Shown piece by piece: positions 47,549 to 59,290 of a stretch of DNA of 64,000 bases (its first letter is position 1; each line of letters opens with the position of its first letter). The position numbers and the translations under genes are program-made. The notes beneath the pieces are model-generated. The model was given only the letters and a program-made list of their open reading frames with translations, searched no databases and was not told where the DNA came from. The DNA comes from an uncultured Verrucomicrobiae bacterium (GTDB lineage Bacteria > Verrucomicrobiota > Verrucomicrobiia > Chthoniobacterales > Chthoniobacteraceae): NCBI GenBank assembly GCA_963836755.1, contig CAWIKF010000002.1:1472001-1536000 (forward strand), written 5' to 3'.

Positions 47549-48574
47549 ATGCCTGTCGCCGACTACAAAACTTACTGCAAAATTCTCGACCGCGCCCGCG
47601 CCGGCCGCTTCGCGCTGCCCGCCGTCAACGTCACCTCACTCACCACCGCCAACGCCGTCTTGCGCGGCCTCGCCGAGAGCAAGAGCGACGGCATCATCCA
47701 AATTTCCACGGGCGGCGGCGCGTTTGCATCGGGCTCGGCGCTGAAGGACATGGCGCTCGGCGCGATTGCGATCGCGGAGCACGTGCATCGCGCGGCGGCG
47801 CGTTACAACATCTACGTCGCGCTGCACACCGACCATTGTTTGAAAGACAAGCTTGACAAATTTGTCCTGCCGCTCGTCGAGGAAACGGAGAAGCGCCGCG
47901 CGGCGGGCCGACCCAATCTTTTCAACTGCCACATGTTCGATGGGAGCAATCTCTCGTTGCAGGAGAACATCCAAATTTCCGCAAAGCTGCTCGAACGCTT
48001 TAAGAAAAACGATCTCATCCTCGAAATCGAAACGGGCGCGGTGGGCGGCGAGGAAGATGACGTCGTCGGTGAAAAGGGCGCAAAACTTTATACCACTCCC
48101 GAGGACACGCTCGAAGTCGCGCGGGAGCTGAATCCAATCAGCGGCCGCTACTTGCTCGCGGCGACTTTTGGCAACGTCCACGGCGTTTACAAACCGGGCC
48201 ACGTGAAGCTAAAGCCGAGCGTGCTGAAGGCGTGTGATGATGCCGTCGCAAAGGCGCATGGAGAGGATGCGCGCTTCGATTTTGTATTCCACGGCGGCTC
48301 GGGATCAACGCTGGCGGAGATTCACGAATCACTCGACTACGGCGTGGTGAAGATGAACGTCGATACCGACATGCAGTATTCATTCACGCGTGCAGTCGCG
48401 GGACACATGTTTAAAAACTACGACGGCGTTCTGAAGGTGGACGGCGAGGTCGGGAACAAGAAAGCCTATGATCCGCGCGCTTATCTCGCCCTCGCTGAGG
48501 CGTCGATGGCGGAACGGGTGAAGCAGGCGGTGAGCGATCTGCGCGGCACGGGGACGACGATGTTTGCGGCGTAA
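47549..48574 (+). CDS. fbaA: Class II fructose-bisphosphate aldolase
   Basis: LHTDHC, HMFDGS, TFGNVHGVY, FHGGSG, KMNVDTD. Confidence 0.96.
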   Translation: MPVADYKTYCKILDRARAGRFALPAVNVTSLTTANAVLRGLAESKSDGIIQISTGGGAFASGSALKDMALGAIAIAEHVHRAAARYNIYVALHTDHCLKDKLDKFVLPLVEETEKRRAAGRPNLFNCHMFDGSNLSLQENIQISAKLLERFKKNDLILEIETGAVGGEEDDVVGEKGAKLYTTPEDTLEVARELNPISGRYLLAATFGNVHGVYKPGHVKLKPSVLKACDDAVAKAHGEDARFDFVFHGGSGSTLAEIHESLDYGVVKMNVDTDMQYSFTRAVAGHMFKNYDGVLKVDGEVGNKKAYDPRAYLALAEASMAERVKQAVSDLRGTGTTMFAA

Positions 48575-48599
48575 GTTGACGCGAAACAGCAGCGTCCTA

Positions 48600-48615
48600 T
48601 CCGACCTTGGTCCCA
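48600..48615 (+). promoter_or_regulatory. Palindromic box 15
   Basis: TCCGAC-CTTG-GTCCCA upstream of eno. Confidence 0.7.
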
Positions 48616-48671
48616 TTCACTGCGACTCCCGAACTGCGGCAGGCTCCCCTAGTCCAACAGCTTTCTCGTAA

Positions 48672-51067
<2,396 letters not shown>

Positions 51068-51107
51068 CAGCGCGTCACTCTCGCCCAAACCTAGAGATCC
51101 AATCACC

Positions 51108-52544
51108 ATGAACGCGGCGCTTCCCGACCACAAAACGAAGATTGTCGCAACGATCGGACCGGCTTCGGAATCGCCGGAGATGCTCGAGCGCCTCATCCGA
51201 GCAGGGCTGAACGTCGCGCGGCTAAACTTTTCGCACGGCGAATTTTCCAAACACGCAGAGGTGGTCAAACGCATTCGCGCGGCGGCGCAGGCCACAGGCC
51301 GGCGCGTCGCGATCATGGCCGATCTGCCGGGGCCGAAAATGCGCGTTGGAAAGGTTTCGCCGGAGCCAATCTTGCTCGTGCCCGGGGAAATGTTTACGCT
51401 CACGAATGAAGAAATCGTCGGCGATGCGCAGCGCGTTTCGATGAGCTTTGAGCCTCTGCCGCGTGTGGTAAAGCCAGACGACCGGCTTTTTCTCAATGAC
51501 GGACTCCTCCAACTGATCGTCAAAAGCGTCGAGGGCAACGACGTTCATTGCGTGGTTGCGGTTGGCGGGGAGTTGAGGTCAAAAAAGGGACTCAATCTGC
51601 CGGGTATCGACCTCGGCATCAGCGCGTTCACAGAGCGCGATCGCGAATGTCTCGAATTTGCGCTCGACGCCGGCGTGGATGCGGTGAGTCAGTCTTTTGT
51701 CGAGCGCGCCCGCGACATCGAGGCAGTGCGCGAGGCGGCGACGAAGCTCGGGCGGGTGCCGTTCATTATCGCAAAAATCGAGCGATCGGATGCGCTCAAG
51801 TATTACGACGAAATCCTCGCGGTGGCCGATGGCATCATGGTTGCGCGCGGCGATCTCGGCGTGGAGGTGCCGATCGAGGCGATCGCGCAGACGCAGAAGC
51901 AGCTCATCGCGAAAGCAAACCTCGCGAGCAAGCCCGTCATCACGGCCACGCAAATGCTCGAATCAATGGTCAGCAGCCGCCTGCCCACGCGCGCCGAGGC
52001 AACCGACGTCGCCAATGCGATCCTCGACGGCACCGATTGCGTGATGCTCTCCGGCGAATCGGCGATGGGTAAATTTCCCGAGGAAGCAGTGACGATGCTG
52101 GCAAAGATTGCAGCTTACGCCGAGACGCATCGCGTGCGCGCCGCCCTCGCCGCGCGCCGCGCGTTTTTCGCACAAGACACGCCGCCGACGCCGGATAGCA
52201 GGATCGCATCGCTCGTGGAATACACCTTCGACACCGTGCCTTGCGACCTGGCGCTGGTGCCGACGCATAGCGGCAAAACCGCGCGCGTCATTTCCGGGCG
52301 CAAGCCGCCAGTGTGGATCCTCTCTCCCAGCAGGGACGCCGCTGTTTGCCAGGGGCTCGCGTTTTCCTACGGTGTTTATCCAGTCGATCTCGCGGATGAA
52401 CCGGACGATTGGCGGGAGTTCAACACACGCATGTGCTCTGAGCACGGCATTGATGCGAGCCGTGTCATTCTCGTCGCCGGCCCCTCCGCGCGAAATCCGC
52501 GGGCAAATCACCGCATCGAGCTCATGCAACTCTCCCCGCGGTAA
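51108..52544 (+). CDS. pyk: Pyruvate kinase
   Basis: TKIVATIGP, RLNFSHG, IAKIE, MVARGDLGVE, ATQMLESM. Confidence 0.96.
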   Translation: MNAALPDHKTKIVATIGPASESPEMLERLIRAGLNVARLNFSHGEFSKHAEVVKRIRAAAQATGRRVAIMADLPGPKMRVGKVSPEPILLVPGEMFTLTNEEIVGDAQRVSMSFEPLPRVVKPDDRLFLNDGLLQLIVKSVEGNDVHCVVAVGGELRSKKGLNLPGIDLGISAFTERDRECLEFALDAGVDAVSQSFVERARDIEAVREAATKLGRVPFIIAKIERSDALKYYDEILAVADGIMVARGDLGVEVPIEAIAQTQKQLIAKANLASKPVITATQMLESMVSSRLPTRAEATDVANAILDGTDCVMLSGESAMGKFPEEAVTMLAKIAAYAETHRVRAALAARRAFFAQDTPPTPDSRIASLVEYTFDTVPCDLALVPTHSGKTARVISGRKPPVWILSPSRDAAVCQGLAFSYGVYPVDLADEPDDWREFNTRMCSEHGIDASRVILVAGPSARNPRANHRIELMQLSPR

Positions 52545-52699
52545 AAGCGCACGCCGCGCTTTCGGCTCTGTCCTTGGTCGACAAGCCTCTTACAAAAAGT
52601 TTGGGGCAACAACCGTGCGACGCTCCCCCTTTTCGCATGAATGGGACTGCAAATGCCCAGAAAAAGTTTTTCCGGCCCTGTTCCCGCGGTAAACCTTCC

Positions 52700-52916
52700 A
52701 GAGAGACAAACTGCGGTAAACCCGCCAGAAAAGGGTCGTCCGGCCTAGTTTTCCAGCAACCGCCTTCTTCACGACCGACATCGTCGCTCGTTTGGGCGCC
52801 TCAAAGCTGCTAGAGTTCTGTTTCGTGGCGAGCCGACCAACGTGGGTCCCATTACTGCGGTGATTTTCGATGACACCTGTGGAAACCTCATCAACTTAGT
52901 TCAACCTGCGGCCTAA
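52700..52916 (+). pseudogene. VOC/glyoxalase cassette gene remnant
   Basis: FPATAFFTTDI / RLKAARVLFRGEPTNVGPITAVIFDDTCGNLINLVQ*, with a frameshift. Confidence 0.7.
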
Positions 52917-52970
52917 CCATGCGCTGCAGCGAACCGGCTCCGCCTGTAGCTGATCTTGTTCTCGTTAGGC
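52911..52970 (+). mobile_element. Isolated 60-bp attC site
   Basis: GCCTAACCATGCGCTGCAGCGAACCGGCTCCGCCTGTAGCTGATCTTGTTCTCGTTAGGC; same family as the array sites. Confidence 0.9.
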
Positions 52971-53298
52971 GCTTTTCCACGCACGAGCCAAGCAACACGC
53001 ACCCAAAATGGAGCAAGCTTCCGAGACTGAACTATTTCGCCGGCGTATCGAGGTCGTCCTCGATTTCATTTCTGACGACATCTTCCCGCTTATGCTTCGC
53101 TGGCTGGTTATTGCTCTCCTCTTCATCGGCCTGGCCAGGCAGCGGATGGGTGAGCTTAAAACGTCTCGCCAGCTTCGATGAAGGTCGTCGATCTCGATCA
53201 CGCAGCCATCGGCTCGAACTCAGGAGCCTTTTCCCTCTTCGCGCGATGCACACCGGCTCGATTTTGTCGTGCGCTACGATCTCGTGCGCTGACGCGAA

Positions 53299-54345
53299 TT
53301 AAAATCCGGCCCGTCCTTCGCGGATGCGGTGGGAAAAATCAGGATCGGCGTCCGCGGATTTTGCCGCGTGATTGATGCGCGCTTGTTCTTTCAATTCGGG
53401 GAAACTCAACCCGCCGGGGGCGAGGGCGTGGCGTTCGAAAAGCAGCTCGTCCATTTTGCCATTGAGAAGGATTCGCCAATCCCATGGCGTCCGCTTCGCG
53501 GCGGCGCGCTGAGTGCGGATGCTCGTCGTGCAGTTACTCGTCGCCGCGTTATACCAGCACGGCTTGGCATGCATGGCGTTGAGCGCGCCAAGGTAATCCT
53601 CGAATCGTTCGCGCGCCTGTGCCGGAGCCATGTCGAGCCGGTAGAGGTAAACGTCCTCGCCCTTGCGGTAGTTGGTGCGCACGCGGATGACATCGCGTTC
53701 GTTGGCGACGATGTAAATCAACTCATATTGCCGGTAGAGACCGCCGACTGCCGAATAGCTCTCGCCGATTTCTTTGCGTGTCTCGATTGAAAAGCATACT
53801 GGCGGCGCGTCGGCAAACTGGAAGCTCGCGACGGGATGCGCGATGTAAGCCGAACCCCAATAATTGATCGCGAGGTCGAGGCCGGTGATCTGCGAAAGTC
53901 GCACCGTGCGCGTTTCCCAGCGCGGAGTGAAATCGGTTTCGGTGCGGTAATCGAAATTGCGGACATTGTGCAGCACGACAGTGTCGCCGCTGATTTCGGC
54001 CCAAGCTGTTCGATCCACGTCCGGCTGCCACCGGCGATCCTGGCTCGGCTGCAGCGTGAACCACCAGACGAGCACCAGCGCAAACAGGACGATGAGCGCG
54101 CCGAGCTTTCTGAATGGGCCGCGGACGAAAATACCAGCCGCGGCCACAGCGCACAAAAACGCCACGGCGACCGCGCTTTTCCAAAACGGAGAATCGTAAT
54201 ACAGCGCGCCCACCGCCCAGGCATCGCAACCAAGCGCTATCGGCCAGGCGAGCCAGAGCGCGATGGTGCGAAAGGCGCGGCGCGGCCCGTAGCAGCGGTG
54301 CTTATCGCGGCCACCAGCGCTGTCATCCGCTGCCGTGCTCTCCAT
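53299..54345 (-). CDS. DUF4105 (Lnb N-terminal-like) membrane protein
   Basis: HNVRNFDYRTETDF, IAHPVASF, YNAATSNCTT. Confidence 0.85.
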   Translation of the reverse strand: MESTAADDSAGGRDKHRCYGPRRAFRTIALWLAWPIALGCDAWAVGALYYDSPFWKSAVAVAFLCAVAAAGIFVRGPFRKLGALIVLFALVLVWWFTLQPSQDRRWQPDVDRTAWAEISGDTVVLHNVRNFDYRTETDFTPRWETRTVRLSQITGLDLAINYWGSAYIAHPVASFQFADAPPVCFSIETRKEIGESYSAVGGLYRQYELIYIVANERDVIRVRTNYRKGEDVYLYRLDMAPAQARERFEDYLGALNAMHAKPCWYNAATSNCTTSIRTQRAAAKRTPWDWRILLNGKMDELLFERHALAPGGLSFPELKEQARINHAAKSADADPDFSHRIREGRAGF

Positions 54346-54770
54346 TACTCGGGATCGAGAAGCGCCAGCGGGACTTCCAGCCATTCCGCTGCCGCGGCCC
54401 GCTCTCGGAATGTGCGCACTTGGATCGACGCGTCTTCCATGAGCGCCTCATACATCCGCGCGATACCGAATCCCGCCACCGTGCTGGAGAAAAAGGCCGA
54501 TTTCGCCGGCTGAACGACGTCCCGCCGACGGTCGGCGATTTTGAAGACATGTCCGATCGTCAGCCGGATTCTGGTGAGCTCGCTGAAATCTGCATAGCGG
54601 TGAAACGGACGTTCATTAAAAAGTTCCTCCGTCTCGATGACGGCGACGATCGCGTCTGCAACGGCGTCGGTAAGTTCTCCGCGCGGATGCCATGTAAAGA
54701 GCCGGGCTCCCGGGTGAAAGCGCGTGTGGTCAAAGAGCCGTAGGATATCAGCAACTGGAATCTCGTTCAT
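54345..54770 (-). CDS. Hypothetical protein (STAS/SpoIIAA-like)
   Basis: FGIARMYE...FRERAAAAEWL; TAATG overlap with the next gene. Confidence 0.65.
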   Translation of the reverse strand: MNEIPVADILRLFDHTRFHPGARLFTWHPRGELTDAVADAIVAVIETEELFNERPFHRYADFSELTRIRLTIGHVFKIADRRRDVVQPAKSAFFSSTVAGFGIARMYEALMEDASIQVRTFRERAAAAEWLEVPLALLDPE

Positions 54771-54792
54771 TTCTTGCGTGACGGCTGAAACG

Positions 54793-56454
54793 CTACCGCG
54801 CAGCGTGGAGCGTGAGGATGCGCTCTACCTCGGCGATTGCCTCGAGGTTTTGATGCGCGCTGTGACCGGACGGGACAATCAACTCGGATTTCGCCCCCGG
54901 CATGTGACTGCTCCAGTAGGGGACGACGCCGTCGGACATTGTCGGGTTCGTCTGGTCTTTGTTCCCGTCCTTTCCTCGATCGCCGCAGATGACGTGATAC
55001 GGAATCCCCGGTGTGATCGGGATGGTATTGATCGCTTTCACAAAGCGATTGTTCGGCGCAAGCGTGTCGACGCTGTTCGGGATGCGTTTGAGCTTCAGGT
55101 CGTCAGCTCCAAACGCCGCCGCGTCGATCGCTTCGGCACCCACTTTGAGCAAAGTCGTCGGCGAGCGCACGAGCATTGAGCCGATCCGGCCGAGCCAGTT
55201 GCTCGCGAGATTGCTGCCTCGCAGCGGCGAGGAGATGAAAATCACGCGTCCCACTTCCGGCCTGTGCTGAAAGATCAGCGCGTCGGTCAGAAGCTTCCGG
55301 TTTTCGGGCGAAAGTTTTGTTTGCTCCGGAGTTTTTTTGAAAATCGCCGTCCAAAGTTTGTCCCCGGTGTCGGTGATGAGCAGCCGGCTGATACAGCCGC
55401 CCATGCTGTGCCCGATGACAACAATTTTACGCCGCAGCGGGAAACGTTTTTCGATCGCATCCAACTGGTGACGCAGGATGAGAGCGGAGTAAGGATAAGG
55501 ATAGCCGCTCGGGTAGCTGTAAAACCAGAATTGGTAATTGCGGCGAATTCGCTCATCGCCGCGCAGATGATTGAGCATCGGCGCCCAAGTCGCGGGCGAG
55601 TCCATCAACCCATGGATGACAAGGACGACGGTCTTATCGGGATCGTAGGGCTGAAGCCGCGCGATGCGTGCGGTCTCGGCATATTTCTCCGGACGCAGCA
55701 GGCGCGAGAGTTCCTGCTTTTTCGGGTTCATGGACTTCAGCATCACAGCCAGCGGCACGGTGAAATCCGCCGCGAGCGCATAAGACCTATTGCCCAGGCG
55801 GACGGTCTCGACATCCAGCGGATCCTCGAAATCAATCACGGCGCGGCGTCCCTCAAAACGAATGATCGCTGTGACACCGTAGAAGATTCGCTTGGTGGTA
55901 AAGTCCCGGTCAGCTCCTGCGTAATCGGCGCGCGCAACGGCAACCAACGGTGCGCCGATCCCTTCCCTTCGAACTCTCTCTTTCACATAGGTGCCGCGCA
56001 CGTCAAATTGATCAGCAGGGGTGAAATCGTAAAGCGCCGGGTTTCGCTGCGGGCGCGGGTCGGGCTTGTGCGCCAGCACGAATTCCCCACCGGCGGATGG
56101 CACGCGCAGCGGTTGCGACCACGGCTCGAGCTTCGCGCTTTTGAGCACGGTGAAAACGCGAGCAACAGCAAAGTTGTAGCGCTCACGCGCGGCTATGTCC
56201 GCGGGATTTGTCTTAAGCTGTCGCGCCGCCGAATCGGCGGCTGCCAGAAATTCACCGAGCGCTGCCCGCGGCTCACGGCGCTCCTCGCGCATGGCGATTT
56301 CGAAGCCCTGGGTTTCCTTCTGCGCAGTCGCCGCATCGACCAAGCCGCGGACGGGGCGAAAGGTCGGTTTCTTTTCGGAGATCGTTGCATATTGCGCGCA
56401 GCCGGCGAGAAGCAGAGCTGCTGCGGCTACGAGACCGAGCTTGGAGAGGTTCAT
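54793..56454 (-). CDS. Alpha/beta-hydrolase lipoprotein, paralog B
   Basis: LAGC lipobox and GHSMGG; long identical blocks shared with 34089-35711. Confidence 0.9.
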   Translation of the reverse strand: MNLSKLGLVAAAALLLAGCAQYATISEKKPTFRPVRGLVDAATAQKETQGFEIAMREERREPRAALGEFLAAADSAARQLKTNPADIAARERYNFAVARVFTVLKSAKLEPWSQPLRVPSAGGEFVLAHKPDPRPQRNPALYDFTPADQFDVRGTYVKERVRREGIGAPLVAVARADYAGADRDFTTKRIFYGVTAIIRFEGRRAVIDFEDPLDVETVRLGNRSYALAADFTVPLAVMLKSMNPKKQELSRLLRPEKYAETARIARLQPYDPDKTVVLVIHGLMDSPATWAPMLNHLRGDERIRRNYQFWFYSYPSGYPYPYSALILRHQLDAIEKRFPLRRKIVVIGHSMGGCISRLLITDTGDKLWTAIFKKTPEQTKLSPENRKLLTDALIFQHRPEVGRVIFISSPLRGSNLASNWLGRIGSMLVRSPTTLLKVGAEAIDAAAFGADDLKLKRIPNSVDTLAPNNRFVKAINTIPITPGIPYHVICGDRGKDGNKDQTNPTMSDGVVPYWSSHMPGAKSELIVPSGHSAHQNLEAIAEVERILTLHAAR

Positions 56455-56530
56455 GAAATCCAGGTTTGGGCGCTTGAGTGACGCGACGCCAGTTGAATTG
56501 GATATTGGACGACTCAGACGGGCGTGCACA

Positions 56531-56546
56531 TAGGACCTTTGTCCTA
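56531..56546 (-). promoter_or_regulatory. Palindromic box 16 (perfect arms)
   Basis: ATAGGAC-CTTT-GTCCTAT. Confidence 0.88.
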
Positions 56547-56593
56547 TAGCAAACCGCCGTCGCCGGATTCGCGGAGTCAGCTTGATCGCGGAA

Positions 56594-56609
56594 TAGGATC
56601 AAGGTCCGA
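56594..56609 (+). promoter_or_regulatory. Palindromic box 17
   Basis: TAGGAT-CAAG-GTCCGA. Confidence 0.75.
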
Positions 56610-56769
56610 TACTCGTTTCCAGCCGGGAATCCGGAATTCGTAGATATCCCCGCGCGTGGCACCTTGCTCATTTTTGGCCTTTCTCCTTCGTTTTGAGGCG
56701 TTTTTGGGTGAAAAGCGGGTGCTTTTCGTGAAAATTGGCCTCCGGGAGCGCCTTTCGAGGATCGACTTT

Positions 56770-57000
56770 GAGCCGGGAGCGAACAAACCGCTCCCGGGAG
56801 CGGATGAACCGCTCCTCGGAGCGGACGGTCCGCGCTTCGGAGCGGATGAGCCGCTCCTCGGGGTGGACAAGCCGCGCTTCGGAGCGGATGAGCCGCTCCT
56901 CGGGGTGGACAAGCCGCGCTTCGGGGTGGACGAGCCGCGCTTCGGGGTGGACGAACCGCGTTTCGGGGTGGACGAACCGCGCCTCGGGGTGGACGGGCGC
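56770..57000. repeat. Tandem repeat, 11 x 21 bp
   Basis: Unit approximately CGCTTCGGGGTGGACGAGCCG / CTCCTCGGAGCGGATGAACCG, with no spacers. Confidence 0.93.
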
Positions 57001-57032
57001 GCTCGCGCAGCTGTAAATTTTCTAAAATGAAG

Positions 57033-57388
57033 TGGAGGCGAGGGGAGTCGAACCCCTGTCCTTGCCATTATCTACGCAAGTTTCTACATGTTTAGCCCGC
57101 CTTGAATTGTCGGGCCGCGGCTGCTGGCTGGCGCGCTGCTTTGGCCTTAGCGACCACGAAATCGATTCACTCGCCGGCGCGGTCACTCCGCTGGCGAGCC
57201 AGCCTGCTGTCGTCGCTCCCTCGCCGTAGCAGGCGTCCGGCGGGAAACGTCACGGTCAATTAAGCCGCGAGAGCGAGATCTTCGTAATCTGCGTTTATGT
57301 TTTTGACTCGAGAGTTTTACGAGGCCAACGAGTCATCCTCGACATGCCGCCTGCGCTTCAAACAACGAGTCGAAACCAGTGCGCCCCC
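57033..57388 (-). ncRNA. ssrA: tmRNA
   Basis: 5' GGGGGCGCACTGGTTTCGAC, 3' GGTTCGACTCCCCTCGCCTCCA; internal tag ORF ADYEDLALAA* at 57260-57292. Confidence 0.96.
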
Positions 57389-57492
57389 TTTTTTTGAGGA
57401 GGCGGAAAAGCTACACGCATGGCGATCGATTGCAACCCGCAATGGCGCTTGCCGCTGGTCTTGGCGGCATCGCGAGCATAAAGTGCGAGGGA

Positions 57493-57663
57493 ATGAAAAA
57501 GCTCCATGCCAGTCTTCTCTGCGTTTTGGTTTGTTTAACGGGCTGTGCGCATGGACACCGTCAGCCGCGCTCCTCCGCAGAAATCATCATGGAGGGAGAT
57601 CGGAATCCAAACATCCGCGACGATGTGCAGCACGCCGGCGAGACAGTGCGGGAAGCTCGCTGA
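57493..57663 (+). CDS. Small putative lipoprotein
   Basis: GAGG Shine-Dalgarno; MKKLHASLLCVLVCLTGC lipobox. Confidence 0.6.
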   Translation: MKKLHASLLCVLVCLTGCAHGHRQPRSSAEIIMEGDRNPNIRDDVQHAGETVREAR

Positions 57664-57697
57664 TTTGGCGGTTGTTTAAAAAGCGCGGTGACTGCGA

Positions 57698-58465
57698 TCA
57701 AACTCGGCCCGTTCCCCAGCGGCGGTGCAAAAAGCGCTCCCACGGCGAAAACAGAATTTTGTCCGCGAGCAATCCGATGATCACGATGACGAACATTATC
57801 CCGATCACCTGATCCATCGCATTGAGTTCGCGACCGTTGTGCAGCAAATTTCCGAGGCCAAAGCCGGTCAGGATCGTCACAAAAATTTCCGCAGCCATCA
57901 GCGAGCGCCACGCGAAGGCCCAGCCTTGTTTCATGCCGCTGACCACGAACGGCAGCGAAGCGGGCAAAATCACGCGGAGCCAGGTGTGAAGCTGCTTTGA
58001 GCCCATCGTCTTCGCCGCGCGCGCGAAGATCGGCGGCACATTGCGCACGCCATTTTCGGTGGCGATGATCACCGACCAGAGCGTTCCCATGATGACGATG
58101 AACAGCATCGCCGCCTCCGTCTGCCCGAACCATAAAAGCGCGAGCGGCACCCAGCAAACGCTAGGCAACGTTTGTAAACCAAGCGCAAGCACTCCGAGCG
58201 TGTCCTCGAGAAACTTCCAGCGCGCCGTCAACAACCCGAGCGGCAGCCCCACGACGAGCCCGATGAAATAACCGAGCAGCAGCCGCTTCATCGTGACAAA
58301 AATTGCCTGCCACAAAGTCCCATCCTGCGAAGCCGACCACAAATATTCGCCGACACTTTTCGGATCCGGCAGCAGCACGGGCGACCAAATTTTCGCGAGC
58401 ACCAGTTCATGCCAGAGCAGCAACAGCCCGCCAAAAAAGAGCAGCGACCAAATAACGCGTCTCAT
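57698..58465 (-). CDS. NitT/TauT-family ABC transporter permease
   Basis: LQTLPSVCWVPLALLWFG; EAA-like loop RAAKTMGS. Confidence 0.92.
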   Translation of the reverse strand: MRRVIWSLLFFGGLLLLWHELVLAKIWSPVLLPDPKSVGEYLWSASQDGTLWQAIFVTMKRLLLGYFIGLVVGLPLGLLTARWKFLEDTLGVLALGLQTLPSVCWVPLALLWFGQTEAAMLFIVIMGTLWSVIIATENGVRNVPPIFARAAKTMGSKQLHTWLRVILPASLPFVVSGMKQGWAFAWRSLMAAEIFVTILTGFGLGNLLHNGRELNAMDQVIGIMFVIVIIGLLADKILFSPWERFLHRRWGTGRV

Positions 58466-59269
58466 TCCTCGATCTCGGTTTTCACGTAGCCTTTGAGCGC
58501 GCGCATGATCTCCGTGGAGTAGCCCGCAAGCTCGATGCTGTTGATGTCTCGCGGCCGTTCGAGCTCAATGGAAAATTGCTCGCGAATTCTGCCGGGATGC
58601 GGCGAAAAAAGGATAACCCGGTCGCCGAGACATGCGGCTTCGCGGACATTGTGCGTCACAAAGACGATGGTCTTTTTACGCGCCGCCCAAATTTTCTGAA
58701 TGTCGCCGTAAAGCTGCTCGCGCGTGAGCGCATCGAGCGCCGCGAAGGGCTCGTCCATCAAGAGCACGCGCGGGTTCGGCGCGAGCGCGCGGGCCAGCGC
58801 GACACGCTGCTTCATTCCGCCGGAAAGCTCATGGATATTGGCATTCGCGAAGTTTTTCAGGCCGACGAGATTGAGGTAAAATTTTGCGACCTCGCGCCGT
58901 TCGCTGTTGTTTAAATTTCGGTTTCAGCTTCAGCCCGAACATCACGTTCCCCATCACATCGAGCCACGGAAAAAGCGCCGATTCCTGGAACATCACCATG
59001 CGGTCGCGTCCGGGCGCGCCTACCAGTTTGCCATCCGCCAGCACCTGTCCTTGATCGGGTTTTTCCAAGCCAGCGATGATGTTGAGCAGCGTAGATTTTC
59101 CGCAGCCACTCGGGCCCACGAGGCAGACGAACTCGCCTTCGTTCACATTGAGCGAGACGTTGTCGAGTGCCTGAACTTTCTGCCCTCGCTCCGTGCGAAA
59201 TTCCTTTGAAACCCGCTCTACAGCAAGTTTCGAGGGCTCAATGACCTGGAGCTCATCCGTGACTGGCAT
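58462..59269 (-). pseudogene. NitT/TauT-family ABC ATPase with one frameshift near 58915 (possibly a sequencing error)
   Basis: Walker A GPSGCGKS is in one frame; LSGGMKQR and LLMDEPF are in another. Confidence 0.85.
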
Positions 59270-59290
59270 CGGAGAAAAGTTACAATCTGT

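Noticed and set aside
45121..47550. 809-aa minus-strand ORF, and similar long antisense ORFs (23943-25046, 31549-32982, 55264-56481)
   Set aside because: These are shadows of well-supported genes on the opposite strand in GC-rich DNA and carry no recognisable motifs.
56770..57000. 21-bp repeat as a CRISPR array or as the ORFs 56577-57068 / 56656-57030
   Set aside because: There are no unique spacers. The open frames follow from a stop-free 21-nt unit, and one ORF starts inside tmRNA.
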